DNA of 64,000 bases from Rhizophagus irregularis. Taxonomy: Eukaryota. The stretch covers positions 2,542,001-2,606,000 of the forward strand of contig NC_089431.1 in assembly GCF_026210795.1 (NCBI RefSeq), read 5' to 3'. Of the stretch, positions 63,616 through 64,000 are shown one piece after another; the stretch's first letter is position 1; each line of letters begins with the position of its first letter. The translations under genes and the position numbers were made by a program. Below the pieces are notes generated by a model. The model was not told where the DNA came from, made no database searches, and was given only the letters and a program-made list of their open reading frames with translations.

Positions 63616-64000
63616 ATGTCGTTATCTGACAAAACGTCAGGTATTTCTGAGTTGAATTCTTTACCGACTTTATTTCTTTTAGAAGGACCAAAATTCCCTT
63701 CTTTTGATTTTAAAATTTCACCATCAAATCAGTCGAAATCTTTTAAAATAAAAAATCAAACAATTTATTTATATCCTGATAATGATAATAATGAATTATT
63801 TATGAATGATGATGATCACGCTGTTAAAACTGCCAACAACGTTTGGGATGCTGTAAGATTTTTTTTTTTCACTTTGTTTTTTTCGTTCAAAGTTATTTAT
63901 TTATTTTATTTATTTTAGAGTTTGATTCTCTCAAAATTTCTTGAAAAACAATGTAATGAAAATAAACTGGATTTTAAGGGGAAAAAAGTGATTGAACTGG
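63616..64000 (+). CDS. Seven-beta-strand protein lysine methyltransferase (METTL21/EFM, Methyltransf_16), 5' part. Exons 63616-63852, 63919->64000
   Basis: Spliced TANNVWDASLILSKFL..DFKGKKVIELG gives the VWDA motif followed by motif I. Confidence 0.85.

Overview
Very AT-rich, intron-rich eukaryotic DNA with short GT-AG introns (mostly 60-110 nt). Gene content and repeat types point to an early-diverging fungus, most likely Glomeromycotina (Rhizophagus-like); this is an inference. From left to right the window holds: the 3' part of a DLD2-type dehydrogenase; an intronless 324-aa helical orphan; an ASH1-like GATA factor inside about 17 kb of low-complexity non-coding DNA; ELYS-like and YPP1/TTC7 genes; a CpG-depleted island (32.1-37.5 kb) with three decayed pseudogenes; a compact housekeeping block (RTF1, EED, MAK16, KRE33/NAT10, SNAPC3) containing an unannotated, highly structured ~250-nt RNA candidate; a second repeat island with MITEs, a Zn-ribbon/PD-(D/E)xK nuclease pseudogene and a REase-plus-kinase gene; a tandem array of four single-TM paralogs (57.7-63.4 kb); and the 5' part of a METTL21-like methyltransferase. 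Two of the four paralogs carry a retropepsin-like domain with an altered DPS active-site motif, and the three pseudogenes are an inverted, dead mirror of this array. Exon boundaries were read by eye and no database searches were run.
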